From Camelus ferus (lineage: Eukaryota): a stretch of DNA of 64,000 bases. Every line of letters starts with the position of its first letter. The first letter of the stretch is position 1. The notes under the pieces are model-generated. The model was not told the DNA's origin, made no database searches, and saw nothing but the letters and a program-made list of their open reading frames with translations. Position numbers and translations under genes: made by a program. The stretch is taken from positions 54,066,001-54,130,000 of the forward strand of contig NC_045697.1 of NCBI RefSeq assembly GCF_009834535.1. The letters run 5' to 3'. This document shows positions 50,898 to 64,000 of this stretch, piece after piece.

Positions 50898-53800
50898 GTT
50901 TAATTCCTTGCAAGGGAGAAGTCAGCCATAACAGAACCATGTAATGATAGGGTGTTAATTTACTAGCCTTGAAGCTAGATTTAAAAAATATATAAACCCG
51001 TAAAAAATGTTATCTGGTATTTTACTAGTTTAGTGACTCAGTACATCACACATTTAACATAGTGATTATGCATCTGATGACTGTGCAGGTCAGAAGCTTT
51101 AAAAAGTATAATGCTAGTGCTCTAGGTAGTATTTTTTGTTTGTTTGTTTGTTTTAATGCTTATCTCCTGGTCCCAGGCATGTAACACAATCATTTCCACA
51201 ATCACACTGAGGATCTCTAAAATACACATGTATTTTGATGATCCGAACTGTGTGTGACCCTGCTACAAATCCTCTTAGGTTTGTCATAGGTCACATGATT
51301 GAAATCATGGAAGCATAATTGTTTTGGAATATAAAGAGACATCAAAGATGATATAGTTCAAACTTTTTTTGGCAGAGATGGAAACAGGCCCCGAGATGGT
51401 TAGATAGCAAACAAGGTTATAATGTGACTAATTCTGGAACTAAAATCTGGTTTCCTAGTTGAATACTCTTTTCACTATATTGCTATTTATTCTATCCAGA
51501 TCTACACTTTCTGATATGTGAAATCTTTGATCTTGAGTACAAAATATTGAATTACAATGTTGCAACAATTTCATAGACCTAAACTGGTGACCTTTGAAAC
51601 TTTCACCCATTCCTTCAGTCCACTAGGAGGACTCAATTTTATTATTACTGTTTCAAGGTATTAAGTAAGAGGTGTGGAAGATTCAAAGTTGAAAATTCAA
51701 TTTGGAACTTCAGCTTAATTTTCCAGGTAGTACTGTCCTAGTTGCTGCTACCCTATCTGTTTAAAAAAAAAATTTTTTTTTTCACTGTGCTTATTTGGGT
51801 AACATTGCTAAACTGGAGCCTCTAAGAGCTATAGATAAAAAGCATTTGAAGAGCTGTGATCTGAGGACATTCTGAAGTTTATACCTAAAGGAACATTTGA
51901 GCATTGTAATCTTCAGAATTTCCTATTTTCCTTCTCTCATTTTCTTTCTTTTTTTTATTGTTTTCTGCCCATTTTTTTCTCTTCTCTACTCCTTCCCTTC
52001 CCCATCCACAAACCTAAAATGAATTAACAATTTAAAAAATTGTTACATTTATTCAATAGCTGTATGTTGCCAGTTTTCACATATTAAAATCATCTTAGTC
52101 TGATATAAATGTATCTCTTTTGTAATATTTTTGTGCATATCTTTGCAGTAATTTTTCTTTAAAATGTATATAGCTTTCTCTACAAGGATCTTGCACATTT
52201 CTTAAGCCTATTACTAGTTATATTGCAGAATCTTTGCTTTTGTAAAAGAAATAATTTTATTATTATTTACAGGTGACTAATACTGATAGATGGATTTATT
52301 AATTTTGGTATATTTATGTTTTGAATCAAGTCACTTTGAAATCTTTTATTAATTTAGCAATTTTCCACAGCCTTAGCTTAGATTTTTCTACATAGAAATG
52401 GTATTCTTACCTACTAGCCTTTCAATAGTTAAATGTCCTTTTACAATTTCCTGCCATATTATATCATGAACATATAGAAAACTGTCAAATAATATTTAAA
52501 TCCTTCATTTTAACAATAAGAAAAATCCTGACTCATAGGAAATAATAACCTATGTTAATACTAGCTCATAAAGTAGTATGCATGTTAATCTGTAATCAGT
52601 TCCTGTAATTTCTATTGAAATAGGTTTAAGGTCATCTTCTCACTTGCTACAAAATAACTGAATTCATGTAGAACTAAGAATAAATCATCCTCTTTTAAAT
52701 CTTTATCAGTATATTTGATAAAATTTTAGTTATTTATAACACACTTCTGGAAATGTATAATAATGATTAAATCCTCATTTACAACTGGTCTCTATCCTAA
52801 ACCAGGGTAAATAAGAAAGAATAATTTGTAATCTTTGAGATATGTCATTAAGCATAAACTTCTAATCTTGCAGTTAATGAGGCATCTAATTATAGATTTC
52901 ATGAGGAAATCCTGGCCAGTCAATATTGCATCATGACTGATTGCATTCATAAATTATAGGCATAAAGAAGCTCTTCCAGTAAGAAGTACCTGAATAATGC
53001 ATAGTGAGAGAGATAACTAAGGGAGTAGTACACTCACTAGAAAGGAATGAAGCAAAACACATGGTTTAGAAAGATGTGGAGGTTAATAAGCTTCAGTATT
53101 CTGTGAATTTGGAATGAAATAAGAAATTGGCCAGAGCTGAATGAGAAAAATTAGGGTATATTATTAGATGAGGAGTAAGAGTTGGGCAGAAATTGAGAAA
53201 TGTTACTCAGATCAGGGCCAGACTTGGGAATAGAATCTTCAAGGAGAAAAAGTGAGGAGTCTTTAGGTGATACCCACCCCTCAGCCTGGATACTGGCTTT
53301 GATGTACCATTATCCCTGTTCTCTGTGACTAATAGTGTAGAGGCCAAAAAAGGTAAATCAGCTCCTTAAATTTTATTTTCACCCATCAATGTCACAAGTC
53401 TAGTTTAGCTCCAATTTTATATTATATCTAGTTCACAGGACCCCAGGGGAGCTACTGAATTCATTCTAGAACAGTTCCTTGGTAGTTCTAATTTGGATAG
53501 CTAAGGATCAAATTGGAGAGATATTTTTCAAAATCAGTGCCATTACCTGTTAGTAGTAAAGATGACTGTTTAGTGAAACATATGTATGTGTGTGGGTACT
53601 TTGCTGTCATATAAAATGTATTTTTACTATAGAACATATTAAAAATTTGGCAAGGGGGAAGCTGCACTAAAATGTATCAGAATCCTCATTATTGACCAGG
53701 AAAAAATTTAATGTCTACAAAGATAACTTTAGAACATGATGTAAGAGGTACAGTAGGGTGGAGGCATTAGTGGGAGTAGTCAACCCTCCAGTAGGGAGGA

Positions 53801-54431
53801 ATATTTTTATCAATGATGTTGCTTAGATTTTGTGGTGCATGGTGACAATAATAACCACACCAACTTTAATCAGTTTTCTATTGTTTTAAAATTCATTATT
53901 AGACAATGCACCCCCCCTCATTTCCTGTATGCAGAATAGACAGCTTCTACAACCCTGATTCCAACCTTGCTGTACCACTGCTCAAACAGCAATGGAAGTT
54001 CCAAGTTATTATATACCAGAGTCAGAGTCTTACCAAGTTATCAATAAAAATTATAAGCCACTTATGAATAAGATGTATTCACTGCAAAACCTAAATCAGC
54101 CAAGAAAGTGTTTAGAGGAAATGGCTATCTGGATTTTCTCTTAAGTATAACTTATTAGAATATTCCAGTTAAGGAAGACAGGGAGTTATTAGAGTTCTGG
54201 AAAGCTAACATTTTTCATGCACACAGTATTTTTTACTTTCACCTTCGAAGTAAAAAGAGAAAAATGATCGCAGTTCCAACTCCCAGGAGTAATGTAGAAG
54301 GTAAAAACGAATTGTAGTTTGGAATGGAATGAGACAAATCAGTCAGTGAGTGTTAACTGACCACCTACTATGGGCCTATACCAAAGACCAGAAGATATCA
54401 CAGAAGCAAAAGATCCAGGTTTTGGTCTTTA

Positions 54432-54788
54432 GGGGTTAATATCCAAAATATATCAACAGCTTATATAACTCAGTATCAAAAAAACAAACAACCCAATTAA
54501 AAAATGAGCAGAAGATCTCAGTAGCAGATCTCAGCAGACATTTTTCCAAAGAAGACATACATATGGCCACAGGCACATGAAAATATGCTGAGCATTGCAA
54601 ATCCTCAGGGAGATGCAAATCAAAACCTCAATGAATAGCACAGCTAACTATATTCAATATCTTGTAGTAACTTATGGTGAAAAAGAAAATGAAAATGAAT
54701 AAATGTTATGTTCATGTATGACTGAAGCATTATGCTGTACACCAGAAATTGACACATTATAAACTGACTATACTGCAATAAAAAAGGG

Positions 54789-54820
<32 letters not shown>

Positions 54821-55170
54821 ATACTACAATAAAAAAGTGTGTGTGTCTATATTTATATATATATAAAAAACCTTAATGAGATATCATCTCACACCTGTCA
54901 GAATGGCTATCATCAAAAAGAACAAATAACAAATGGTGAAGAAAGGCAGAGAGGGGCAAAATAGGGGTAGGGGATTAAGAGGTACAAATTACTATGTATA
55001 AAATAAATAAGCTACAATAAGCTACAAGAATATATCGTACAGCACAGGAAATATATAGCCAATACTTTATAATAACTTTAAATAGAATATAACCTATAAA
55101 ATATTGAATCATTCTGCTGTAATCTGAAACTAGTATTATAATTCAATTATACTACAATAAAAATAAAATA
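54432..55170 (+). mobile_element. Older L1 (ORF2 end + 3'UTR, internally deleted) carrying a nested L1 3' end at 54635-54866
   Basis: The host L1 sequence gaaatgcaaatcaaaacc...aatgagatatcatctcacacctgtcagaatggc is split by an insert flanked by TSD aaaacctcaatga (54622-54634) / aaaaccttaatga (54867-54879). Confidence 0.88.
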
Positions 55171-58100
55171 ACATGAAAGTTAGAGGCTATTTTCATTTCT
55201 CTTTTATAGGTGAAGAAATTGAGGCACAAGAGAGAATAAGTGCCTTAATCAAGGTCACAAAGTTAGTGGTAGAACAAAATTCAGAATCAAAGTAGTCAGC
55301 ACCCAGGAACTGCATCTTAAACTATCTTAAACTGTTAGAGATTTGATTAAGGAGGTAGTAATTGGGCTGGGCTTTTACAAGGTGTTCATCTTTAAGTCAG
55401 AGACAAGAATAGGGTGAACACCCCAGTGGGAAGGAGGGTGTGATGATAGAAGAGAAACTACAAAGTCATGATGTGATATATTACAGAAATAAAGTTGGGA
55501 TGAATTTGATTCTTAGAGGATTTTGAATTTCATTGAGTAAATTCTTCATGAGATGGAAAATAGGGAGCCATTAAAAGATTTTTTTTAATAGTCACATGAT
55601 GAAAGCCATATTTATAGACAATTAGTCTTTAATGAGCATGAAGGTGAACTGAAAGGTGAAAAGACTAAGAGTCATGGAGTTCAGTTGGAAAGCTGTTGTA
55701 ACAGTCTAAGTAAGCTAGGCTAGGAAGAGAAAGGAATATACAGGCCAAAGAAACAATTTGAAAGAATAATTTTCAAAATCATTAGCTGGATACAGAGAAT
55801 GGAATTGAGTCAAGGATACATTTCAAATTTTTAGTGTAGACTATTGAGGCATTGTGTTGTGTCACTGAAAAAGACAAAGAAGTTTGGAGGCACAAAGATT
55901 TGTTGAGTTTGAGATGACTGACTAGACTGTAAAACTCTCTGAGAGCAAGATAGTGTTAATTATTTTGTCTTAGCCTTACCAACATGATAGGCACAGTGCC
56001 TAGCACATAGCAGATTGTTAATAAGTATTTTTTAAATATATGATTGCATGTGGTCATGTAAGATAATGAAACAAAACTTAGTAGGCATCTATAAGACTAC
56101 AATTTCAGCAAGGGAATAAAGTGGAGATACAGATTTAGGTGTTGACTGAATAGAGGAGAGTTCTATAAAGTCATGAGAATAGACTAATTCTTGAAAGAGA
56201 GATTTTTTTTTTGAAAAACAAAATTCAGAAGACCTAGTATAGGAACCTTCTACTTGAGGTCTTAAAGGACTTCCTTCAACTTAAAAATTAAGGAAAAAAA
56301 TGCTTATTTATTGTTTGTGTCACAAGTCTTTTTGGATTAAATTCTGCCTGTGGAGCTTATGGTATGTTGATTAGTTTGACACATTTTTTCTTTCAGTGTA
56401 AGCCACTGAGGTACAGCTAATATGTAAGAATGTAAAGTGGGCTAGTCTGTTTTACTCAGATCCAGTATCATTTGATAAAGAACATCTCAGCCTGCTTTGT
56501 TTCAAATGAGAAACACCTAATGATTACTTCATTATACTATTACATAGCTGGAAAACAGAAACCTCCAAAACCATGAGGAGACCACCTAAAGAATGCTCTG
56601 TAAGGTAGTTTTTGAAGTCTCACTGCACTACTTAAAACTGATCAATTGTTTTAGCTACCAACAGAATATTTATCAGCAAGCACAGTATTGTGGTAATTTA
56701 TATCTGAATGATAATAGACTATGTATACAACTTTGAAGCTGGTTATAATGAAGTAATTAAACTATTTGTATTGAAATACAATAATTTATCCTATTTCTAA
56801 AATATGTATTTTGCCTAAAAGTTTTTCAAACAAAACAATTAGGATCTGAGAAAAAAAATTACTGACTTGAACATTGGTGTGAACAACTCTAAGATCTACT
56901 CTTTGAGATTAAAAAAATAAACATATATTATGTTTTGATCTTCTCAGTTCCATAATTTAACGAGTACATGGAAATGATCCATGGAGATGAGTTGATCTTA
57001 GAGTGAGTGTTCCCAGTTTTTGTCCTAAGTTGTCTGGATAAATAATGTCTACTAATTCTTATGCTGTATTAGAGAAAGGCTACTGAATTTGGTCTCCTTT
57101 TCCTTCAGCCAGTGATGCATTTATTCTAACCCACAGGACTTGTTATCTCCCTTGAGGTGGTCTCTTTCTTCCATGTTATCACTCTTTGGTAGTGCTTGCA
57201 CTTGGCAAGGTGTGATCCTCCACTAAATCCCCTTTATGCTCTTTCTTCAATGGTAAAGTAATACATTGATTGCCTTAGTAAGTGCAAGGTAAAACTTAAG
57301 GTCAGCCCTCAAACCCTAGGCTATTAGTAAGTATGAGGTTAAATTATTTATTTGCAATGACTTTATTTATTAAGTTCATAAATTTAATTAATTTATTTTA
57401 AAATCTGAAATTACAGAGAAATGTACACAAATCTTTTATAGAATCTATTCTAAATCTAATCTATTTTTTTATTTTTTTATTTTGGACACTGAAGAAACAT
57501 GATCAATTTGGGAGTATCTTAACTTTCTCCTTGATGTCTTGGTGTAATATCCTATTGTTAATTTTTCCTGTTGATGCTTTGCCTCATACACTCGTTGTCT
57601 TTTGACTGATAATAAATCAATCAACAGCACAGTAATAGAAACAAGTGTGGTGCCTGCCCACATGAAGCAACGTGCGCTAAGGTGCTGAGAAAGCAATGAG
57701 ATCAAATTCATATGTAGTAATTCACTTTTATAGTGCATGTTACTAATGCCTGCCAGCCTTCCGAATTAGCTGATAGAGTTATTCAGCCTTAGAATGAACA
57801 TTCATTGAAAAATCTTCATATGCTACATTAATTAGAACCTAATACATAAATGTCTTTATTTAATACAATTAAAGCAAAGAACTAGAGAATTATGTTGCTA
57901 AAATGAGAACCATACAGACAAAAGAGTTTGGAAAACACCCCTTTTGAACTCTATTGAAAACAATTAGCAATACAGTGCTAATCCTAGGGAAAAAAATGGA
58001 TTTGAGAGAAAGTACAATACTTAATACTTCTGGGCTTTATTATGGGCCAGACACTTTGTTCAGTCGCTTATACTTATTATCTTGTTTAAACTATGTACAA

Positions 58101-60126
58101 GTATTATCCTATTTTCTGGGGTGGGAGGGGGTGGGGACTGGGATATAGAAAGGTTAAGAATGTTCCCAAGTTCACATGGTTAGTTGATAGACACAGCATA
58201 CTGGTGTACCGCCATCCACCATGAGAAAGTCATTACCTCAGAGAATAAAGGGATTCTTTTACATATTCACTAAAAGCAGAAGGGAAAAAATAAAAATAAT
58301 CAAAGAAACAGAACTTTTAAAATCAAACAGATGATAATTTGAGAGAATGGTGTAGCAGGAAAGGTTCCTGAGAAAGACAATTAAATGTCTATTTTTGAGC
58401 TTTTAAAAATAAGATAGCTTCTATTGTGATCTCTGACTGTTTAAATATTACTCTATCTCTTAATTCTCACCCCCAAGTCCTATAATTCAATATGAAAATG
58501 CTGATTTTCTTAAAATAAGAAATATGTACATACTGCATGTTTCATTCCAGAACCCTCAAAGCTGGTTCTTAACTTACTTGGACATGCTTTTTGTAAGGCA
58601 AAATTTCCTCCACTTAAGCCAAAGAGTTTATTTTCTACTGTATTATTATTTATAAATATAAAGAGCTGAGAATATTTTTATGAATTTAAACAAATATCAA
58701 TTATTAAAATATTAATTCATTAGTGAGAAATATTTTAATGTAAACATTAAAATCATTTAAAAGCATATTTGTACAATGTTAATTTCAAGTTAGCACAGTA
58801 TTACCATATAGAAAATCAAAATAATAATGTTATAGCAGATACTAAAATTAAGAAAATTTTTCTATACCAGTTTTGTTAGATTTAAAAAATTTTTCCTTTT
58901 GGAAAAAATCACATCCCCAGAGAATGAAAGTTATTATTCCTAAGTTAAGCTATAATTTTCAATATAGTTAAAGTGACTTGATAAGTTCCTGTGAACTATT
59001 TATTCAGAATTCTTTATTCCTTCTCAAAATTATATTGTCACATGTCTCTTTGTCACATTGTTTATAACTATACAAACTGACAATCTACCTCAGTTCTTCT
59101 ATTTGTAAAATGTCATGGGAAATGTATTTTATATTAATGTCTTAGTGGAATATTATAATGATAGTGTTAAGATAAGATTCATATTGTTATTTGTAGCATC
59201 TTAGATAAATGTATTCTGTATGAATAACAAAGATGCATGTTTAAATCTTTTTTTTCCCCTTTAATATCTCCTGGCTCTGATCCTTTAAAAACAGCTCTTA
59301 AAATTGTAATATTCTTCCTGCAACTTTACTTATCTTCATTACAAGTTCATGTATTCAGATTAAAAGCTCTGTGGATGAATTATCTAAAGTGACTATTTAT
59401 AAATATTGAGGAATTCACATGCACTAAAATAGACTAAACTATTCCTAATGATAAGAAAGGAGAAAAAGTTTTTTTAAAATTTTTTTGGATCTTTTTGGTG
59501 GTAAATAAATTATATCAATAAAATCTGTTATCTTTAGAGCTCAAATGGACAGTATTAGAAAAGGTAATGCAGTCCCAACACTTTACTTATGAGGAAAATA
59601 AATCCCAATGAGCTAAACAGCAAGCCCATTATCATACCACCGAAGCAAAGACAAGCATCTTGGCACAGAGCCCAGGTCTGTTCCACATCGCCACACCTGA
59701 TGATTCCCTCAAAGGGGAGAAGATATAATCATTTTAATGAAGTACAGAGCACCCAATGTACTCTAATGTTTTGCTGGTTTATTTTTTTTAAAACAAATTG
59801 AGGCCACACCTCAATGCTGATCATACCTTCCCAATCGGAAAAGTGTGGCCCTCTGAATCATCACCAGTTGCATGTGGTCTGCCCTCTCTGCTTGGAGCTT
59901 CTCTACAAAGGTATTGACAATTCCTCCACCTGCGGAACCAGCAGGCACAAAGTTGATCATATTCTTATCAGGCTATTTCCAGGCTGCAGACCTCGGTCAT
60001 TAAACCAGTCAGACTTGTTTCTTTTCTTGTTGCCAATGACTCTCATTATTTTCCAGCCTCCCAGCTCTGACCTGGCTGATAAAGATCAGATGGTGCCTGA
60101 ATAGAAGGTGCCCCAGTTCTGGGTCC

Positions 60127-60137
60127 ATGATGTACGG
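60127..60137 (+). CDS. TMPRSS11F: Probable first coding exon of TMPRSS11F (ATG ATG TAC GG | gtaagt); the rest of the gene is beyond the window
   Basis: MMY start followed by a perfect phase-2 donor (gtaagt, 60138-60143). This is the same architecture as the BNL first exon (ATG TAT AG|gtaagt). Human TMPRSS11F begins MMY and follows TMPRSS11BNL in the cluster. Only 11 coding nt are visible. Confidence 0.7.
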
Positions 60138-63100
60138 GTAAGTACTCAGCTTTTCTTGGTCAAAGTTACCAGTGGTGATAGAGGTTTATGATTCCTGAGA
60201 CAGGCAGGACAGATGTTGGCAGGTGGAGACTGCTTTAAAAATAAGAATTTCTCATGTGTGTTATTGTATTTTGTGTTAAAGTTTTCTTTTGTTGTTGTCT
60301 TTAAACGTTAAGAATTTTTTTAAACAAAGGTGGTCTTTTCTTTCTAAATGGTAGAAATAGAAATAACGTGCAGTAATATATTATATTACACATAAACATT
60401 TAGAAAAATCTATGCTTCAAAATTAAAATATTTAATATGGTTTATTTAGTTTCTTTAGAATGATCAATAGCTTGGTATAAATTTTTGTCTTACTTTGCTC
60501 ATTGAAGTATATTCTGGAAAAAGTTGAAATATAAATGTAAGATGAGAGTCTATTAGAGTTTTTATTTCTTTAACTCTAAATAATATAAAGTATCATAGCA
60601 ATAGGATTATTGCATCTATCATATGAATGAAATGATGAAATTAAAAATTATTGAATTAACAAAATCCAGACTCTATATGACATTTGAAATAATTGAACTC
60701 CAAAATAATTAATTAATGAATTTAAGGTAAATAAATTGTATTTATATTTATGTTTAGGTAACTTCAGGCTATTGTTTTTTACAGACTCAGAAATGAATAA
60801 CTGATATTTGATGAGAGTGATTTAGTTCAAATTCCTATTTAGTCTAACCTTGCTTCTCAGAGGTTCTTAATCTCTCTACAGACACCAATTTCCTAAATGT
60901 TCTGCACTGACTAATGTTTCAAACTTAATCATGATTTTGTGATAATTATAATTGTGCAATCATTTGATTTTTGTCTTCAATTAAATATAGTACTTTAAGC
61001 CTGTAGGCATTAATACTGAAACAATGAGTGTTCTTGCCCTCCCTAATTTACTGTTAAATAATAGCACGAGCCTGAGGAAGACTGTCCATTTCATTCATTT
61101 AGCTTATCCCAGTGGACCCTTTCACAACAGCATGATGTAGCATATCCTCTGTATTTCTTATTAAATATGAAAAAGTGTATTTCTTATTTACCAAGATAAA
61201 GTTAGGATAAGACAAAATGTACAGGAGAAAAAACTTACTTTGATATTTAACAAGCTTCCTATAAATATATGTTAACAATTTCAGTTTTAAAAAATTAGCA
61301 AAGGGCTTGAAGTTCTCTCATTCTTTTTTTTTTTTTTTTTCCAGAAGTCTGTGGTATAGCTTTTCTATCAGCCTGGTTCTCTTCTTCCCAATTTTTGGCC
61401 TTGTTCTACTCACTCACTTTTCCAATCTGAAAGTATTGTTGCAGACATGAAACTTCTGTATTGAAGCCTCATCAGCTTTGATCCAGAGCTTATTGTTCTG
61501 GGGATTTAAAGTATCTTTCTAATTGGGATCCCAGATCAGTATTATTTTCAACACAGATATTTTAGACAGAATTCTAAAAATACAAATTGTGCCATAGAAG
61601 TAAGATAAGAAGGTTAGGCAGTGGTTCATTTAATTCATTTGTAAAGGTATTTTGTGCAAGGGATCTAGTCTCTCAAAGAGTGAATAAGCTAAATATATGA
61701 TGGCTTCTTAGCAGAAGTTCTTTGTCATTGATGTGGTGGAAAGAATACTAGCATGAACTTTAGATGTGTTCTAGATCCAGCTTTGTGCTTATTTGTCTGG
61801 AAAAGTCACTTACCTCTCAAGACCTCACTTTTATCCATAAACTATAGGGAGAGTTTACACTAAAATAGATGGGTAGAGTGCTATCACTATTAATGGGACT
61901 TGAAATATTTTTTGTGGATAAGCATGAAGCTATTTTTGGTTTATTGATTCATAATTTGAGTATTTTGGTAGTAAGTTCACTTTGATTTTTTTCTTTGTTG
62001 TATTAAAAAATAAATAATATCTGATATATTGTTTTACTATATCATATATAGTAAGTGTATTATATTGTGGAGCTGTTATTTTAAATATATGATTGTGTAT
62101 CACACCCCATTGTGATGTAGAACATTTCTTACATGGGTCATGGTCAAAAATATTTTTAAAAACACCCCATTACATAGCCGTAAAGTCTTTTTGAATACTT
62201 AAATTCTATGATTTCAAAAAGTTAATAGCTAATTAATATGGAGAATGTTAACCTTCTGAAGGCCTTAGAGAACCACTTAAATTATCCTAGAGTGCTGATT
62301 ATTTTTTCCCTAGTCCCTATATCCGGTGTGTCTACAAGTGAGACAGGGATAAGAGATGTTACTGGCAAGTAGGCTTAGAGGCAAGAGGCAAATCAACATG
62401 CCACACACTGATGGCGTAATCTGATAAATGTTTTTTAAAAAAGTATAAACAAGGTATTATGGGGGTTCCCAGTCAACCTCATAAAAGCTTCTCTGAGTAT
62501 ACAGTGATTGAGTTTTCTTTTTAAAATCAAGTAAGAATTAGCTGTAGGAGAAAGAAGGAGGTATTTCTGGGATGAGAGAACACAGCCCTTGTAAAAACCC
62601 AAGACTTGACATACACTCACAAATAGATGCTGGAAGTTATCAAATGAAACTGATTAGTCAGACTATGAAGGGCCTTTTATACCAGATTAAAATCTTTGAA
62701 CTTTATTGAAGAGTTGAGTAAAGACTGAAATAAGAGAAAGAAATGATGACATTTGCAATTTAGAAATGTTACAGTAGAACACCAAAGCAGTGTGGTTCTA
62801 CTATCTTTTTGGTACAGTTGCAGAACTAAATGAAAGGAGTGCCAAGGAGACCATCTATGGGCATGTTGTTTCTCCTGCCAATAATCAGTGTTCCTTCTCA
62901 CATTAGGTGAGACCCTATAGCCTTCCTGCCATTGTGTCTTACACCTTATTTACTCCTGAAGCACAGCAATCCTATCTAAACTTGCATAATATATGGTATA
63001 TACTTCCTCCTTTTGCACTTCTCTGTATGATTATTTGTTTACAATCATGTCTCCTTAGTTAAACAGAGCTGTCTGTATTCCCAGTGACAAACACATTGCT

Positions 63101-64000
63101 TGGCCCATTGTAGACTGTTAATAGTCTACAATGTGGTGACTTACATACATCTAAAGTCAAAGAACAGATACTAAGAATGTAGGAAAGGCCAGGAGTAAAC
63201 AAAAATTTCAAATTTGCTTTTCATTATATATTTATTCAAGAAGAGCTATGAGATACTTGAGATATACTAATTCAGAAGGTAAATAAAAAGCTGAACAATA
63301 AAAAGAATTCATTCCAAGAAAACTTACGTTGTTGGTGCTAATGAGGATTTACTGTTGAAGACGGGAAAGCATCAGACACATGCTTATGGAATAGATTTTA
63401 TAGTTGCATTTATTTGGTAATTCAACAAATACTTATGATTTTAGCTTATAGTGTACTAGTGGTACACTATATATACATGCTGTATGTGCATATCTGCATA
63501 CACTATTTACATTATATATACATGATATGTGTTGTGCATATGTATCATGTGTAGATACATACACATACCACATGCACATAAACAAATGCACACATAGACA
63601 CATATATGAATGAAACAAACATATTCTCTCCTTTTATGGTGTTCACAATCTAAAAGAGGAGACCGGATAAAGTTGAGGTAAAGGTTTTGTATTTTTTTCC
63701 AATAATTTTCTCTAATCACTTCATTTATCTTATAATTCCTGGATTTGATGATAATGCTGATGATAATAATTGCCAGCTCTTTTAAAAAATAGATTTTCAA
63801 TTCATACGATAACACTCTACAGTCGACTTTTGTGTATATTTAGATAAATGAAAGCTAAATTTGTGAAGTACATTTTGAAAACAATAAATATTGAAAAAAA
63901 ATTCCTATTGTGCTTAAAGAAGCCTTGTAAAGATCTAAATTGGATCTCTCAAAATTATTCAACAAATGTAGGAAGACAACACGGAAACCAATATCTTGAC

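Noticed and set aside
56390..57260. Exon-like AG...GT segments between the 49.1 kb module and TMPRSS11F
   Set aside because: They show no coding similarity to TMPRSS11 exons, and such motifs occur often by chance. Transcript data would be needed.

Overview
Mammalian genomic DNA, AT-rich and intron-containing. It is probably from a camelid, because two Vic-1-type tRNA-derived SINEs and cetartiodactyl-type L1 3' ends are present. The window covers part of the TMPRSS11 (HAT/DESC1) type II transmembrane serine protease cluster, with all genes on the + strand. These are the last three coding exons of TMPRSS11B (52-1602), a complete 10-exon, 416-aa TMPRSS11B-like paralogue (TMPRSS11BNL, 11362-24413) with an intact reading frame and catalytic triad, and the probable first coding exon of TMPRSS11F (60127-60137). 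Two retrocopies lie on the - strand between them. One is a diverged but CpG-rich ferritin light chain (FTL) processed pseudogene whose iron-responsive element loop is deleted. The other is an internal ZC3H3 zinc-finger retrocopy fragment with two internal deletions. The rest is mostly interspersed repeats (L1 including a nested insertion, L2, MIR, MLT1, Charlie1, MER53, Vic-1). Most ORFs in the supplied track are spurious. Gene and repeat names come from recalled family sequences and gene order, not from a database search. No clearly new biological system is evident. The best leads are the intact TMPRSS11BNL, the CpG-retaining FTL retrocopy next to its 3' end, and an orphan promoter-like module at about 49.1 kb.
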